Positions 1 through 12,543 of a stretch of 64,000 nucleotides of DNA are shown one piece after another; within the stretch, counting starts at the first letter, position 1; each line of letters begins with the position of its first letter. Location: the NCBI GenBank assembly GCA_010093705.1, contig MU006099.1, positions 248,001 through 312,000 on the forward strand, written 5' to 3'. The DNA comes from Patellaria atrata CBS 101060 (lineage: Eukaryota). A program made the position numbers and the translations under genes. The notes beneath the pieces are model-generated. The model did not search any database, was not told the origin of the DNA, and saw only the letters and a list, made by a program, of their open reading frames with translations.

Positions 1-1266
1 GATTACAAAAGCCTTACTGGAGAGTAAGAATTGAAATATATATTAGACAACGTGGATATCCATGGTTAGACCGTGATGAGAAGATATTGCAGGAATATAC
101 AAGAATAGACATACCGAAGCTCCAAACATAGTTTCGCTAATTTACTAAACTAGATCGAATCACTGTCGTATGGTTTTTCTTGAAAATTCTCGACTTGATG
201 AGGAATTCGATTATCCTATGAAGTCCGAATGTATAGTTCCGAGGACGCACAATAATACTACGGCGATAAGACAAGGCTGAAAGCATAGTGGAACACTATG
301 AGGAGAACGTACTAATTCTGAATGTCTCCCATAGAATATCTTCCGAAGTTGGGCGTGGCTGATCCTTCTTTGATGGTAGTCTCCCGTGTTGATTTCCCGC
401 GTGCCTATGAAGACTATCACAAGCGTATGCGTCCAGCTCCAGGACGAACTTGGAAAGACTTTATTGAGTACAGTAGAGCTAAAATGATCAGCTGTCTATC
501 GGTTTCAGATCAACCAAGTTGCAACTGAAAAGCGAAATAGCATCCGAAGGAACAGAGGAAGACACTGAGTCAATGGAAGGCGACAGCTACGGTTGGTTGG
601 GCGTTAGGTCCGTCGTAATGGGTGAGGCGAGCTTGCAGCTGATCGACGAAAGGACGGATAAGGTAAGCGCAGCTTTGACCAGGGTCTGTCTTGGCGAGAA
701 GCAGATAATACCCACAACCTTAAACAGAAGTCACCACTGACCAGGACTCGACAGGAGGGTACAGTACCTTAGGTTACCTTACAGGTTCCCGTCAAGACTG
801 AATTGTACTAATCAAAATATACTACCGTATATGGGCTATCTTGAGGCAAGTTAAACTTCCAAGATTATGTTTGAGATAACTTAGGTTGGTGCTGCCGTGT
901 CCTATTATATCGATAAATTTCTCCCGACTTATCTCATTGTGCTGTTTCCCGTCCAATGGCCATAATGCTAAGTGCATCAAAGCATATCCGAATTGGTCGG
1001 GTCAAAGTACGTTAACGTACAAGGTGTTATCCATTGCGTTTCGTATGTAAGAGTTTTGTTACCATGTCTGGTTCCTGCTGGATTAGGCAAGCAGGGAAGG
1101 TACCTACCTCACTTTGGGGGAGCAAGGCGATTTTCAAAATTTTCACTCTTCAGTCTCACTACAATTGATTTGAATAACACTGTCGTATTTCTCTCATATA
1201 CTGGGGGAGGTGGACAAAATTGTACCAAGGGAGATATTGTAAGAAACGATGTCTCAGTACGATGGA

Positions 1267-2933
1267 TGGAATTTGAACGAAATGAAGGAGAACTCGGATC
1301 AAAGTCTTTACATTCAAGCGAATCGCAGGTAACAACCATATGAACTGTGCCCTTTCGCCCTTCTCGTTAACACTGTCTGAGCGAATCCAAGGATGAAACC
1401 AGCGGAAGGTCAAGCGGCTTCACCTCAGTCTATCAAACTGCACCATACTCTACCGACAAGTTCAAAGACCCAACGCAAAGGTTCATCAGCACTATCGATA
1501 AACAAGAACAGCAGAAATTGAGGGATCCTCTTGTCGCAAGCTATTTGAGATTAGATGATCTCAATGGCGCTCCAAAACAGTCGTCAATATCTCACCATCC
1601 TCTAAGCTCTTCTCAACTTCAGAGTAGAGGAAACAAAAAGAGGCGGACGAAAAGACAATGTCCGTCCCCGAAAAGAACGATGGTTGATGACTTCCATATA
1701 ACGAAACCTGCAATAGCTTACATGACCGAAAAGCATAAGGTTGAAGGTCGGGATCCTGAGCCAGAAAAGCATGCGCTGCTACTCAGCAATGAGAAACCAT
1801 TGATAGAGGTGCCAGAAAGTACGATGAACAAACTTAAGTCATTCATCTACAAACCACAGATAACTTCCATTGAGGCAGTAAGAGCACGGAAAGGGTTTGG
1901 AATCTCGATTTATGATATTGTGGACAGTGAGTCTGAGCCTGAGACTCAAAGTACCCAGATTGTTCCTCTGTCCACGACGCCAAAGCCAAGACAGGACAGC
2001 TTCTCACATAGTTATGGTGATATTTCTCATGAATTCGAGGACGAGATACCCGATGATGAACTTCTTGACCTTGACCCCGGCTCAGCTCCACCATCTGATA
2101 CATTCATGGGAGAGGAAAATCAAAGTCCGGATGATGTCGACCTCGTTTCACAGTCCGATATCTTAATCGGAAAGGGAATTCGGGAATCAGATGGATATAT
2201 GGATCTCCCGACTCCTCTCCCGTCAGACCCTAAAGACGGAAAAATAGCTTCCTCGGTTTGCCATGGAGCGGAAAGAGTAGATGAATTCCTTGCGGAGGAT
2301 GACTGGGTAGACTATAACGTCATTGATGGATCAAATGATCCACATACTCCAGAGATCTTACTGTCAACTACCCCGAATTCTGCTCCACAAGGTAAAGTTG
2401 TCGACCATAGTGCGAATCAAAATCAAGGACGAACTCTCCGCCGCCGTGAAGGGGAAATGGAACTACGACTCACGCCGATCGTAAGACCTGCTTTTCCAAG
2501 CCCGATCCGAGATCGTTCCCCAATCATTGGATTGTCGAACGCAAATTTACTTCGAACTTGTTTCCGTGTGGGTGAAGCCCTTGCTGCCGGGTCCCAGGCC
2601 GTGCGATGTGGCCGAAGTGTCATCCTCGAGCTCTACGCCAACGTGGTATCATCCAGCCGAAAACTAGACAAAATAAGCCAGAGTTTCGTTTTCGCTGACC
2701 TTTATCACAATCATCCTCCTTTCCTCAGTGGCGTATGCCAGGTTTGGAAGGGTTGTGAGTTGTGGGATTATGATTGTAGCCGATTTCTTGACTGCAACAG
2801 TTCGAACAAACGTATGTGTCGGTGCATTGGTAAGATGAAGCGCGAAGATGGAAAATGGAAGTTAACAGTTCTTAATATCTGGGAGGTCACATGGGAAGAT
2901 ATTGAGTATGTCCGAGGTATTATCTGTGGTTGA
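1267..2933 (+). CDS. Conserved fungal protein: disordered N-terminus plus C-terminal OB-fold-like domain (SPATA22/RPA2-like by inference); start uncertain
   Basis: ORF 1518-2933 is open upstream to about 1371. A possible first exon MEFERNEGELGSKSLHSSESQ ends in a GTAACA donor near 1330. The ordered C-terminal domain reads PIVRPAFPSPIRDRSPIIGLS...ELYANVVS...FVFADLY...CRCIGKMKR...IWEVTWEDIEYVRGII. Confidence 0.75.
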
Positions 2934-3415
2934 ACTAAGTAAACATTATCTCCCCCATATCCTCATGCTCTTGTCCTTAATTACTTCCTCCTAGGGTATA
3001 GCTGAGCTTGTTCATTCTTTCGATGGTTCCTATCCGATATTTATTGGTAAGCTGGAGGGTAATATATCGGATGGCAACGTGAAGACTATCTATGCTCCTC
3101 GCATGTTTTTGTTATCTAGCTAGACTTTCGAGGGTGATATTTGCAAAAGGTGAAAGTTACGTTTATTGTACTGTAACAACTTGAATGTGACGTGAAGCAA
3201 TTGAAGAGCTGCTTATTAAAGTGGTCTGTGCGTATTTCATTCAGAACTAGGTGGATCCCCTCACACGTCCAGTCTTCACATCTATCTTTGTGTCAAAAGC
3301 CGTTTGATTCACAACTTAACCTCTTCAGTCCCCAAAATTGGTGTAATAATGCCATCGTATACCATCAAGATATTTGTCTTTTATAATCGAGGTCCTAGTT
3401 AAAACTGTATTCAGA

Positions 3416-5474
3416 ATGGTGCTGTCGAAATCAGCTTCGCGGCTCCCAGAACCAGGTTCTGGTCCTTCTCCTCTTGCAGCCATGCTTTCCACTCAGTTTG
3501 CAATTCACGCACAGAATCGGCAGGATGTCCCTTTTGATGGTCAAGATAAGAGCCAGGAAGCGGGGTTACGAACACCTTTGAAATCTCCAGCGAAAGCGCG
3601 CTCCTTGTCCGACTCCACCCCCCAACTCTCGCCTTCCCCAAAGTTCCGAGAGCCTCTTCGCAAGTCAAAAGATGATCATACTATCCAAGATCCTAAAACC
3701 CCTAAAAGACCTGAATTTCTTACCCGGGGGCTCTCTCTGCAGATGCCATTGAAAGAATTCGGTATCCAGAATCCCGCAAGCTACGCTAATCGCGTACCTC
3801 TGTCACCACAACTCGATTCCCGTAGTACCTACGCGTCACCAGCCTCACTACTACCGCGCCACTCTCGAGGCCTTGATTTCTCACGTGCATGCACGAATTT
3901 ACACCACTCTACCCTGGCCGAATCTTCACCCGATTCGTCCCCTACTATAACACAGAAAGGTATGATGATACCTCCACGAACCCGCCCAAACAGCATGTCA
4001 CTCGAATCACCTAATATTAATGGCGGCCCTCTATGGTCATCAATGGGTGACAGGACAGCACCCTCGAGCTCTGTAGGGAGTGTCAACATGCTTGGCTCCG
4101 ATTCATCCACGAGTGATTCAGATGATGCGGATCTAATAGATGGGGAAGAGAACGAAGACCCAATGATAATGACACCACATGTTTTCAGACCTGGAAATGT
4201 CTCCTCCGCCATTGGCGCACCCACAATCTCTAGTCCTAGCGGTTGGCCGAAGAATATCTCCGCCGCTCCCGGGACAGCCAGCTTTGTATGGCAGCGATCA
4301 AGATTGAGAAAAGGCAGAAGCCGAAAGAGCTCAAGTAGTGCGAGTGGACACAGCTCCATGGCAAGTCCAGGTCCAGCGTCGCCTCCGCAAGCTCGCAGTC
4401 AAGAGAATTCCGGAAGCTACTTCGCGCGTGAGATTGTGATGAAGAATGCAGGGTCACGGAGGGAAAGTCTTACCATGGTAACAAACGATCTGCATATCTC
4501 TTCGGGTAACGATAGCGGCGATGAAGCAAGCGCAGCTCCACCCCACACACCCGGGGTAATCAGGAGACACGTGGTCCGGCGAGGGAATTTACTTGTAAGT
4601 CCATTATTGCGCAATGCACTAAGCGTTCTAACTTTTATACTAGCCCAAAACTAGGGCTTTCAGCCGTATAAAGGCGGAAATGTGGGAGGAAAGCCAGCCC
4701 GTTGATAGTGAGGTCAAACGCGAAGCCGAAATCATTCGTCAGGTACGTGAAGGCGACACGAATCTGGAACCTTCGGTCATAAATACTGCACAATCGTCAC
4801 CAGTACAGTTCCCAACGATACCTGGATCCATGGATCCTCTTGAGGACATACCTGAAGATGGTAGTATGTCGCTTGAGGGCCAGGGTACCAATTCTTCTAG
4901 TAAGGAAATGTTCGAGGCATATTCCTTAGGGGCTGCAAATAATTCAGGTGGCCGAGGATTCTGGAACAGATCTGAAAGTCAGACACGGACGCCACCTCCC
5001 CCGTCATTCATACATCGTGGTGCATCATCCATTATGAGCGATGATATGAGCATAGACTCCCCTTCAGTCCCATCCACGTCGACCTTTCAGACGATTGTCG
5101 CACCACAGCAGGAACCTATACGAGACATAGACCAGTCACGATCTTCAACACCCCAGCCAGCTCCACCGTCTGCTGCTGATGGCCTCCGGAAGTCTAGCAA
5201 GCGGCGAAGGGACGACGACTTCTCTGGCACTGATTTCAAGCGACGTGCTGTATCTCCTGGAATGAGCGTGCAGAATAGTCCAGTACTATCCCAGTCTCCA
5301 AGAGACCTATGGGGCCAGGTAAAGCCTGCTCGGGAACCGTCCATTTCGGTTGCTGGTGAGCGCTCAAATAGCAATGGCAGTGTCGCAGTGACACCAATCT
5401 TTGGAGCAAAACGGGTGGGCCTACAAGGCATGACGGATACGAATGATGGGCTAATGAAAATGAGCATTGAGTGA
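3416..5474 (+). CDS. Conserved Ser/Pro-rich fungal hypothetical protein, 2 exons (intron 4595-4643)
   Basis: A GTAAGT...CTAAC...TAG intron joins the two long ORFs in frame: RRGNLL|PKTRAFSRIKAEMWEESQPVDSEVKREAE. Conserved-looking blocks include LPRHSRGLDFSRACTNLHHSTLAE and GLQGMTDTNDGLMKMSIE. Confidence 0.85.
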
Positions 5475-5890
5475 TCTTCTTGTTCTTCTATCTACGATCT
5501 GTGAGGGAACGGGCTATCTACTAAGCCCACGTAGATCAAGGATATAGCATTGAGAGGCGTTTATTCCTTTGTTCTGCGTATAGCGATATGATATCCATTT
5601 TGGGTGTGCTTAACTAGTTTCCGCACTGTACTCAACCCGAGTTTGAGGTTTGAAAGACCAGCGGACTAAATAATACAAAATTTGCCAGAACTGCAGGAGC
5701 TCCTTTGGTGGGAGTCCAAATTGTGAAGCTTATTGATCCTCTGGTTGCGCGAGCATGACCCCACGTCGGATTCAACACGCAGAGCAAGGAGCTTTGTATC
5801 AGAACCACCATCCGAGATTCGTCCCATCTCCTATAGCTACTTGAGCAAAGGGCCAGTTTTGTTCCCCAAATTGATCTTGATTATACTCCC

Positions 5891-6987
5891 ATGAGCTCTA
5901 AAACCTCAGCTCTAGCCTCCTTTGTGGAGTCTGCCCCACCAGGCGAGGTAGGTGCCCATCCGCAGCCTCAAAGATTAGATTCTAACTGATACTTAGCTTA
6001 CGAATGTCACTTCTGGTACAATCTCCAACCTAGATTCCCCCTATCTTCTTCTGGCTTATCGCTTCGTTCAGCTATAAAAACGATCACTGGCGACAACAGC
6101 CTTCAGTCCCTGGCTCCAGCGTTTCAGAAATACAATGAAGAACAATTCACAACCGTTAAGCTACCAGGCGGTAGCCAGTCGGTATGTGCCGAACAATATA
6201 TGCATGCAGAGAATTAGAAAAGCTCATGGGCAGTAGGTGATTATTAGCTCACATAATTCCCTCGGCGATGGGCGATACTACGACGTCGAGAGCCAGAGCT
6301 CCTTTGCTTTCGACCACTCTACCCAAGTTCGTGCCCCGAATATCAATCCATCAGTAACAAGCCTTCGCTAACACGTATCAAGAAAGCGTCAGACGTACAA
6401 TCCCACGTGTTGGAGTCTTCTCAGGGCGATCTTGTGTAAGTCCAGCATATTACACAAACCGCACCCCACATACAAAACCGTACATCAGCTAACCACTCTC
6501 CAGGAAATCCCTCCTCAAATCCCTCTCCACCCACGCTCAAGAACACTACCCCTCCAGCTCCCTCGGCGTCTACCCCACCTTCGACGACACTTCCATCGCC
6601 GTCGTCTTCGTCGCGAACAAGTACTCCCCCAACAACTTCTGGAACGGCCGCTGGCGCTCCCAATACATCTTCGCACCTTCCTCCGGCACCCTGATTGGCA
6701 GCATCAAGGTCGACGTGCACTATTACGAAGACGGCAACGTGCGGCTCATCACCTCGAAGCCGGTGAGCCTGAGCGTGTCCGGCGGGTCGGCGGCGGAGGT
6801 GACGAGGCAGATTGCCGCCGCAGAGAGGATGTATCAGGAAGAGCTGAATAGGGCGTTTGGGAGTCTGTCTGAGGGGGCGTTCAAGGGGCTGAGGAGACAG
6901 CTGCCGGTTACGAGGCAGAAGATCGATTGGGAGAAGGTTGGGGGATACAGGTTGGGACAGGATATTGGAGGTGGGAGATCGAGGTAG
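5891..6987 (+). CDS. CAP1: F-actin capping protein alpha subunit, 6 exons (introns 5948-5996, 6016-6071, 6182-6236, 6327-6382, 6436-6503)
   Basis: The spliced product contains FVESAPPGE, KYNEEQF, NKYSPNNFWNGRWRS, IKVDVHYYEDGNVRL and FKGLRRQLPVTRQKIDW, which are CapZ-alpha hallmarks. Confidence 0.97.
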
Positions 6988-7342
6988 GGAGGCGCAAAAG
7001 GGTGAGAACTCTTGAGATGTCGACATCTCGGGAATTGGCAATAAGATAGTACATCTGTGAAAGTAAAAAAGTGGTTCATTACGTCGTACTACCCATCCAT
7101 AGTCTTCAGTTGTTCCCCTTACGCCTAGAAAGATGTCTAGCCTAGAGAGACCCGATGTTATAGAACCAAAAATGCATGCCATATTCCTACACGCCCCAGT
7201 CAACAGTGTGGCGATTGTCGCGATCATGATCGTAATGCCCATAGCCCCGCAACCGAGCTATCAGATCCCAATTTACGCCTTCCCACTAATACCGCTCCCG
7301 TATGAACCATTGTATATCTCTCTCCCCTCCATACGACAAGTC

Positions 7343-10218
7343 TCACAAATTCCCAATAACAACCATAAACCTAAGCCTCCCCGCTCCCCTCCTCCCCTTC
7401 TTCCTCCTCTCGCTCCCCCCCTCTCCCTCAACCCCTTCCCCTTCTTCCACCTCTGCCGTCAGTCCCTCATCAAGCATCAACGTACTACTCTTCCAGCCCC
7501 AGCTCTGACTAAAATTAAACCTATCCGGCGCGCTCTCGTAAATACTCAAGAGCCTGCCACCCTTAGACGGGCTGTAAATCTTGAAATAAGTCTTTATCGT
7601 CGGGCGCGCATCTACGTACGGCGGCAACGTCGCTTGCAGCGGGGACGGGGGATCGCGAAGGGCGGGGGGGATGCTGGCGCGGGAATCCTCGTCGGAGTCG
7701 GAGGAGGGGAAGTCGGATTCGGAGTCCGGGAAGTCGGCGAGCTCGATGGAGTTTCGGTGGTAGCGGGCGAAGGCCAAGCGGCCCGATTGATGGGGGTTTA
7801 TGGGACTGTTGTCAGGGTCATGGTCGTGATCGTTGCCGCTGCCGCTTGTGTCAGAGCCGGGGTTGAGGGCGTTGGATTGGATGACCGTTTGGATGTTTCC
7901 TCTGCCGCGGCGGCGGTCGCGGCGTTCGCTGCGGAGGAGCATTTCGCGCTCGAGTAGGCCGATGCGCTCGTCTACTGTGCCCATGCTAGATTGTGCGAGA
8001 CCCGAAGGCCCGAGGACTTCGTCTGTATCCCGCTCCTTGGCGCGGTGGAGATATACGCCCAGTTGCGGGTTCTTAGCGGACCGCACTTTTTGAATGTAGA
8101 TGTTCCAGAGACTACCGGCATAAAAGACTGTGCGGGAGTACACACGCTTCTTCTCTTTAAGACCGCGAGGGGAGGGAAATTCGGCAGCGAACCGGAATGG
8201 GGGATAGTGTGTATAAGCTACAGGCTTCGGCTGGATACCTCCTGACGATCCAGGACGTGGGTTAGAGGCCGTCTGCTTGGTAAGGTCGGTAGCGGAGGAG
8301 TTAGTGAAATCGGCGCCCCATTGGAGGTCTTCGGGTTGAAGATTCGTCAAGTTGCGCGAGGTGCGTTGGCAGGAGTTCGAGGTGGTAACGATGGGTTCGG
8401 AGTTACCACCCATGACGATGTTGCAGTCGGCACTTGGGATCCAGAATTTGCGTGGCTTTCCGTTGGCGTCCCAGCTTCCTGATTCCATTTCCCCGTCTTC
8501 TCTTAAATCCATGGCTTTGCCTTTACCTTTAGAGGTGACGTCAGTCTGCACTCCAGACACTTTGATGTTTTCTGGGGAGTTTATTAGAGCGGGTTCTTCT
8601 ATCTGTGAGCTTAGACCCAGCTCCAGATTACTTTCATGGGCCATAATGACCTTCTGTCGCAGCTCCATGTTCATCCAGAGGGCATCAGAAATGACCTTTT
8701 CAGGGAGCATGGGCAACCCGAAAATATCTCGAGCTTGCTTGATGTATTGCAATTGCTCAAAGCTAAGATGGACATAGTGTATGCCTTCATCCAAAAGGAC
8801 CAACAGAGGTTCAATATCAACATTCGTATACAGCGCGAGCCAACGCTCATGGCTATCTGGAGTCTGCCGCCCTGTGGTAATCGCATTCTTGCGATAGACT
8901 GAATCAAATCGAATAGCCATGAGAGTAAGCGTGTCCGGTGCTTGTATTTTGATCTTAGTTCCCGGTTCGAGCAATCCAGCATCGACGGCCGCGTATTTAA
9001 GGCGACGATCCAATAATCGTTTAGCAAGAATCCAACGGTCCCATTCACCGTCGATATAAAAGCCATCCCCTCCAACTATCTCACGAATGATATCCCCTGG
9101 AATACCGTCCCAGAATCGGAGGTGCATTTCCCAACCGTCACGACATAACATAGCTTTTGCAGAAGCTAATATTCTCTCCCCAGCCTGACCATAATAGTTC
9201 GAGGTGACTAACTTGATAAGAGAAGATAACATTGCGGGACTCATGAGACGAAGAATTGCATCGATACTAGATTCGATAAGATCCTGCATCTCTAGCCAGC
9301 AACCAGTAGCAAACAGTCCAATTGCGTGTTCATCCTCTTCAGCTGTAATATCACAGCCATATAGTCGTTTCAGCGCGAGCTCAAATGATGTTGGAGTGAT
9401 GTTCGAATCAATCGCTTCCGGGTGAAGAGTTACCTCCTTCGCAGTACTCTCGAGCCATGGTCCAGACAATGCGTTACTGAAGAATGGTGCTCTGTCCAAG
9501 ATGAGACGATGAAGGGGGTAGCTATTTCCGAATGCAGTGATTGTAACATCCGAGTGTCTTCCACTCAATAATCCCTTCGTGTATAGATGTTCGGGAAGAG
9601 TAGCAGTTCCTGAATTGAGGTCTATACATGAATTAGCTAAGACAATTTTCCCACCGTTTAATGCCGAATGTTAAGAGAAGGGATCGAAAACAGCTTACGT
9701 CGCATTGTCAGGGGTTTGAAGAGAAAGTTTGAGGGACTTCTAGAGTTGCCTGGCGAAGGAGAGGTATGGGAGAAGAGACCGTTGATGGTCCTTGAGGTTA
9801 GATAATCCTGTGCGAATAGGGTGTTCCGAGGCGTGTTCGGGTCATCGACGTCTTTTTCCGCTCTCTGTATGCTGTGAATCCTGTTACTCCTACGACTAAC
9901 GGAACCGTCAGTCTCGCTAATATTCTCGAATGGGGATGATCTAGGGCTTGTAGCACTAGAATGCGTTGTTAAAGGACAAGATGATGATGTTGTCGTTGAA
10001 TTTGAGGCCGAGAAAGACCTTAATGATTGTCTCATGGGGGAAGGAACTGACGTAGCTATTGTCGAAGCCGGAGGAGAAGAAAAGATAGACGGTACAGCAG
10101 AGCCTGAGGTGTTTTCTTCGGTTGCTATAGATGATGACGCGTTAACATCCCAGTTGTTAGATGCAAAAGAGGGACGGTTTCCGCGGGAACCAGAGGATCG
10201 TGGTGCGTCCTGAGACAT
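7343..10218 (-). CDS. BTB/POZ domain protein with C-terminal MATH/TRAF-like region (intron 9622-9698)
   Basis: Splicing gives LPEHLYTKGLLSGRHSDVTITAFGNSYPLHRLILDRAPFF (BTB start). The C-terminus has YPPFRFAAEF...VFYAGSLWNIYIQ...LGVYLHR...QSWGW. The start is MSQDAPR at 10218. Confidence 0.85.
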
Positions 10219-10719
10219 ATTGGATAGATCCTGATGGTAATTTTGTACCATAATTACTTCTATCACGAATATTGGACCAGAGAGGCTCTCAGAATGAAGC
10301 GCTCGACTACAGGGCTAGACAGCCCAAACACGCTAACGTCGAGAGCCGTAGAAGAATCGAGAGATTTATGACTATAATACAAAAGGTACAAGAGAGAACT
10401 CACAGCATCGTTAGGCAGAAAAGAGAAAAGAAGAAAAGAAAGGAAGATGAAGAAGGAAGACAGAAGTGAATAGTAAGGTAGATAGCAATCCGCAGGTGAC
10501 AGAGGGGAGGATGCAGCTTGCGGGTGAGACAGGAAGTCCGTGTGATGCAGGGCAGCGACTCCCGCCAATGAGCACCGAGACGACAAGCTCTAGAACTATT
10601 TGCAGACTAGCGGCAGTACTCAAATCCAACCACCACTCACCAGCCACAGTTGATACTTCCTCTCACCATACAGAGGTAGACCAGACGATTAGGTCTCATC
10701 TGTTCTTCAAACTTATACA

Positions 10720-12299
10720 ATGGCCTCGATATTTCAGTCCTTACCTTTGCTGAAGAAAGCGGCTCCTCGACTATGGCGTCAGTTCTTCACCTGCAGAGCT
10801 TGCTCTCATCAACGATCAGTCGTACCAAAGCATGCACCCCGGTCCTTCAAGGCAACTCGACAGACTCCATTTCTCCAAGCTTTCAAATCGCCAACAAAAC
10901 GCCTACTACACAATGCGTCGAGTTCTAATAAAGGGTCCCCTCTTAGTGAATTGAGTCGAGCCCTCAATCGGAACGCTTCGGACGAGAAGGAGTCTTTTTT
11001 CCCAGCCGTTACAAGCAAGTCAGTAGCATACTGGCTGCTAGGAAGCGCGGCGAGTGTCTTTGGCATCGTCGTATGGGGCGGTCTAACCCGACTAACGGAG
11101 TCTGGGTGAGATACTTTACATTCAATCTCATTCGACCTATCCACTGACCTCCCCGAAGTCTAAGCATAACAGAATGGCGACCTGTAACCGGCTCTCTCCC
11201 ACCAAGGAACTCTGAAGATTGGGAAGCGGAGTTCAGTAAATACCGCTCCTCTCCAGAATTTCAACGCCTTAACCCTTATATGACATTGGAGGAATTCAAA
11301 CAAATATATTGGATGGAATGGAGCCATAGACTGTGGGGACGGGTCATCGGTGTAACGGCGGTAGTACCCACAATACTCTTCATCGCTACACGGCGAGTTT
11401 CACGTTCAATGGCTTTAAAACTCACAGGAATTTGTGGTCTCATAGGTTTTCAAGGGTTCATAGGTTGGTGGATGGTCAAGAGCGGTCTTCACGACGACTT
11501 ATTCGCCCCTGGAAGCCATCCACGAGTGAGTCAGTACAGACTAACCGCACATCTCGGTGCTGCTTTCATAGTCTACACTACGATGTTAGTATCCGCATTG
11601 AACATTCTTAAGGAACATACGTTGCTTCGCGACCCAGATGCCGCAAGGAAGTATATGAAGCTTCTCCAAGAACCCAAATACCAACCATTTAGGCGATCTA
11701 CTGCCGCACTTACTGCTCTTATTTTTATAACCGCTATGTCAGGCGCATTAGTCGCCGGTCTTGATGCTGGGCTCATCTACAATGAGTTCCCCTACATGGG
11801 AGTGGGATTAACGCCCCCGAAGAAAGAACTATTTGACCCTTGGTATAGCAGAAAAGCTGACCAGTCAGATTTGTGGTGGAGAAATATGCTTGAGAATCCA
11901 TCTCTAGTTCAGCTTAATCACCGCATCCTCGCTACGACGACGTTCACAGCTATTATGGTATTATTTGCATATACGCGGCTCTCTTCACGTCTTAGACCCC
12001 TGGTTACCAGAGACGTGAAGAAAAGCGTGACGGGTGTCGTCCATTTGGTGTTATTGCAGGTCACTCTTGGAATCAGCACCTTGCTATATCTCGTTCCGAC
12101 CTGGCTAGCAGCAACCCACCAGGCGGGAAGTCTGGCCCTATTAACGGGGGCGTTATTACTGAACAACAAGAACTGGATTCCGAGAAGAACAGTTCTTTTG
12201 TTGAAACAAATGCAATCAATGGCCACTAATAAGTCCATAAACCGAACCTCAAAACTAAGATCAGAGAGTCATTCGCTTCGGAATAGCCATGTACATTAA
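10720..12299 (+). CDS. COX15: Heme A synthase (cytochrome c oxidase assembly protein), intron 11106-11158
   Basis: Basic N-terminal presequence; motifs GGLTRLTESG|LSITEW, EWSHRLWGR, GFQGFIGWWMVKSGL, YRLTAHLG, VAGLDAGLIYNEFP, QLNHR and HQAG. Confidence 0.97.
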
Positions 12300-12543
12300 G
12301 CGAAGATAACTCTAGGATTGCGAAGTGTGTTATAAACAGTGGGACAGATCAATCTGTATTCCCCTCTGACGTGTAATTATTCCACTCTCCGTCTGTACTA
12401 ACAAGTTGTTACAAAAGAGCATCCAATTGAGTTCACGCGAATTTAGCCTTCGGAATTGATAGAACCAACCGTGGCGAAGTTTGTGATGTAGCCATGTGTC
12501 TTTATACAGGATACCCAGTCGGGACAAAGTGATCTCCAGATAA

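Noticed and set aside
1..800. Short ORFs and a possible minus-strand first exon (MFGAS + GTATGT donor near 114)
   Set aside because: There is no recognisable homology and the gene would lie outside the window, so it cannot be supported.
7133..7957. Long antisense ORFs over real genes (also 6421-7242, 22616-23461, 24077-24814)
   Set aside because: These are shadow ORFs caused by stop-poor, GC-skewed coding sequence on the opposite strand.
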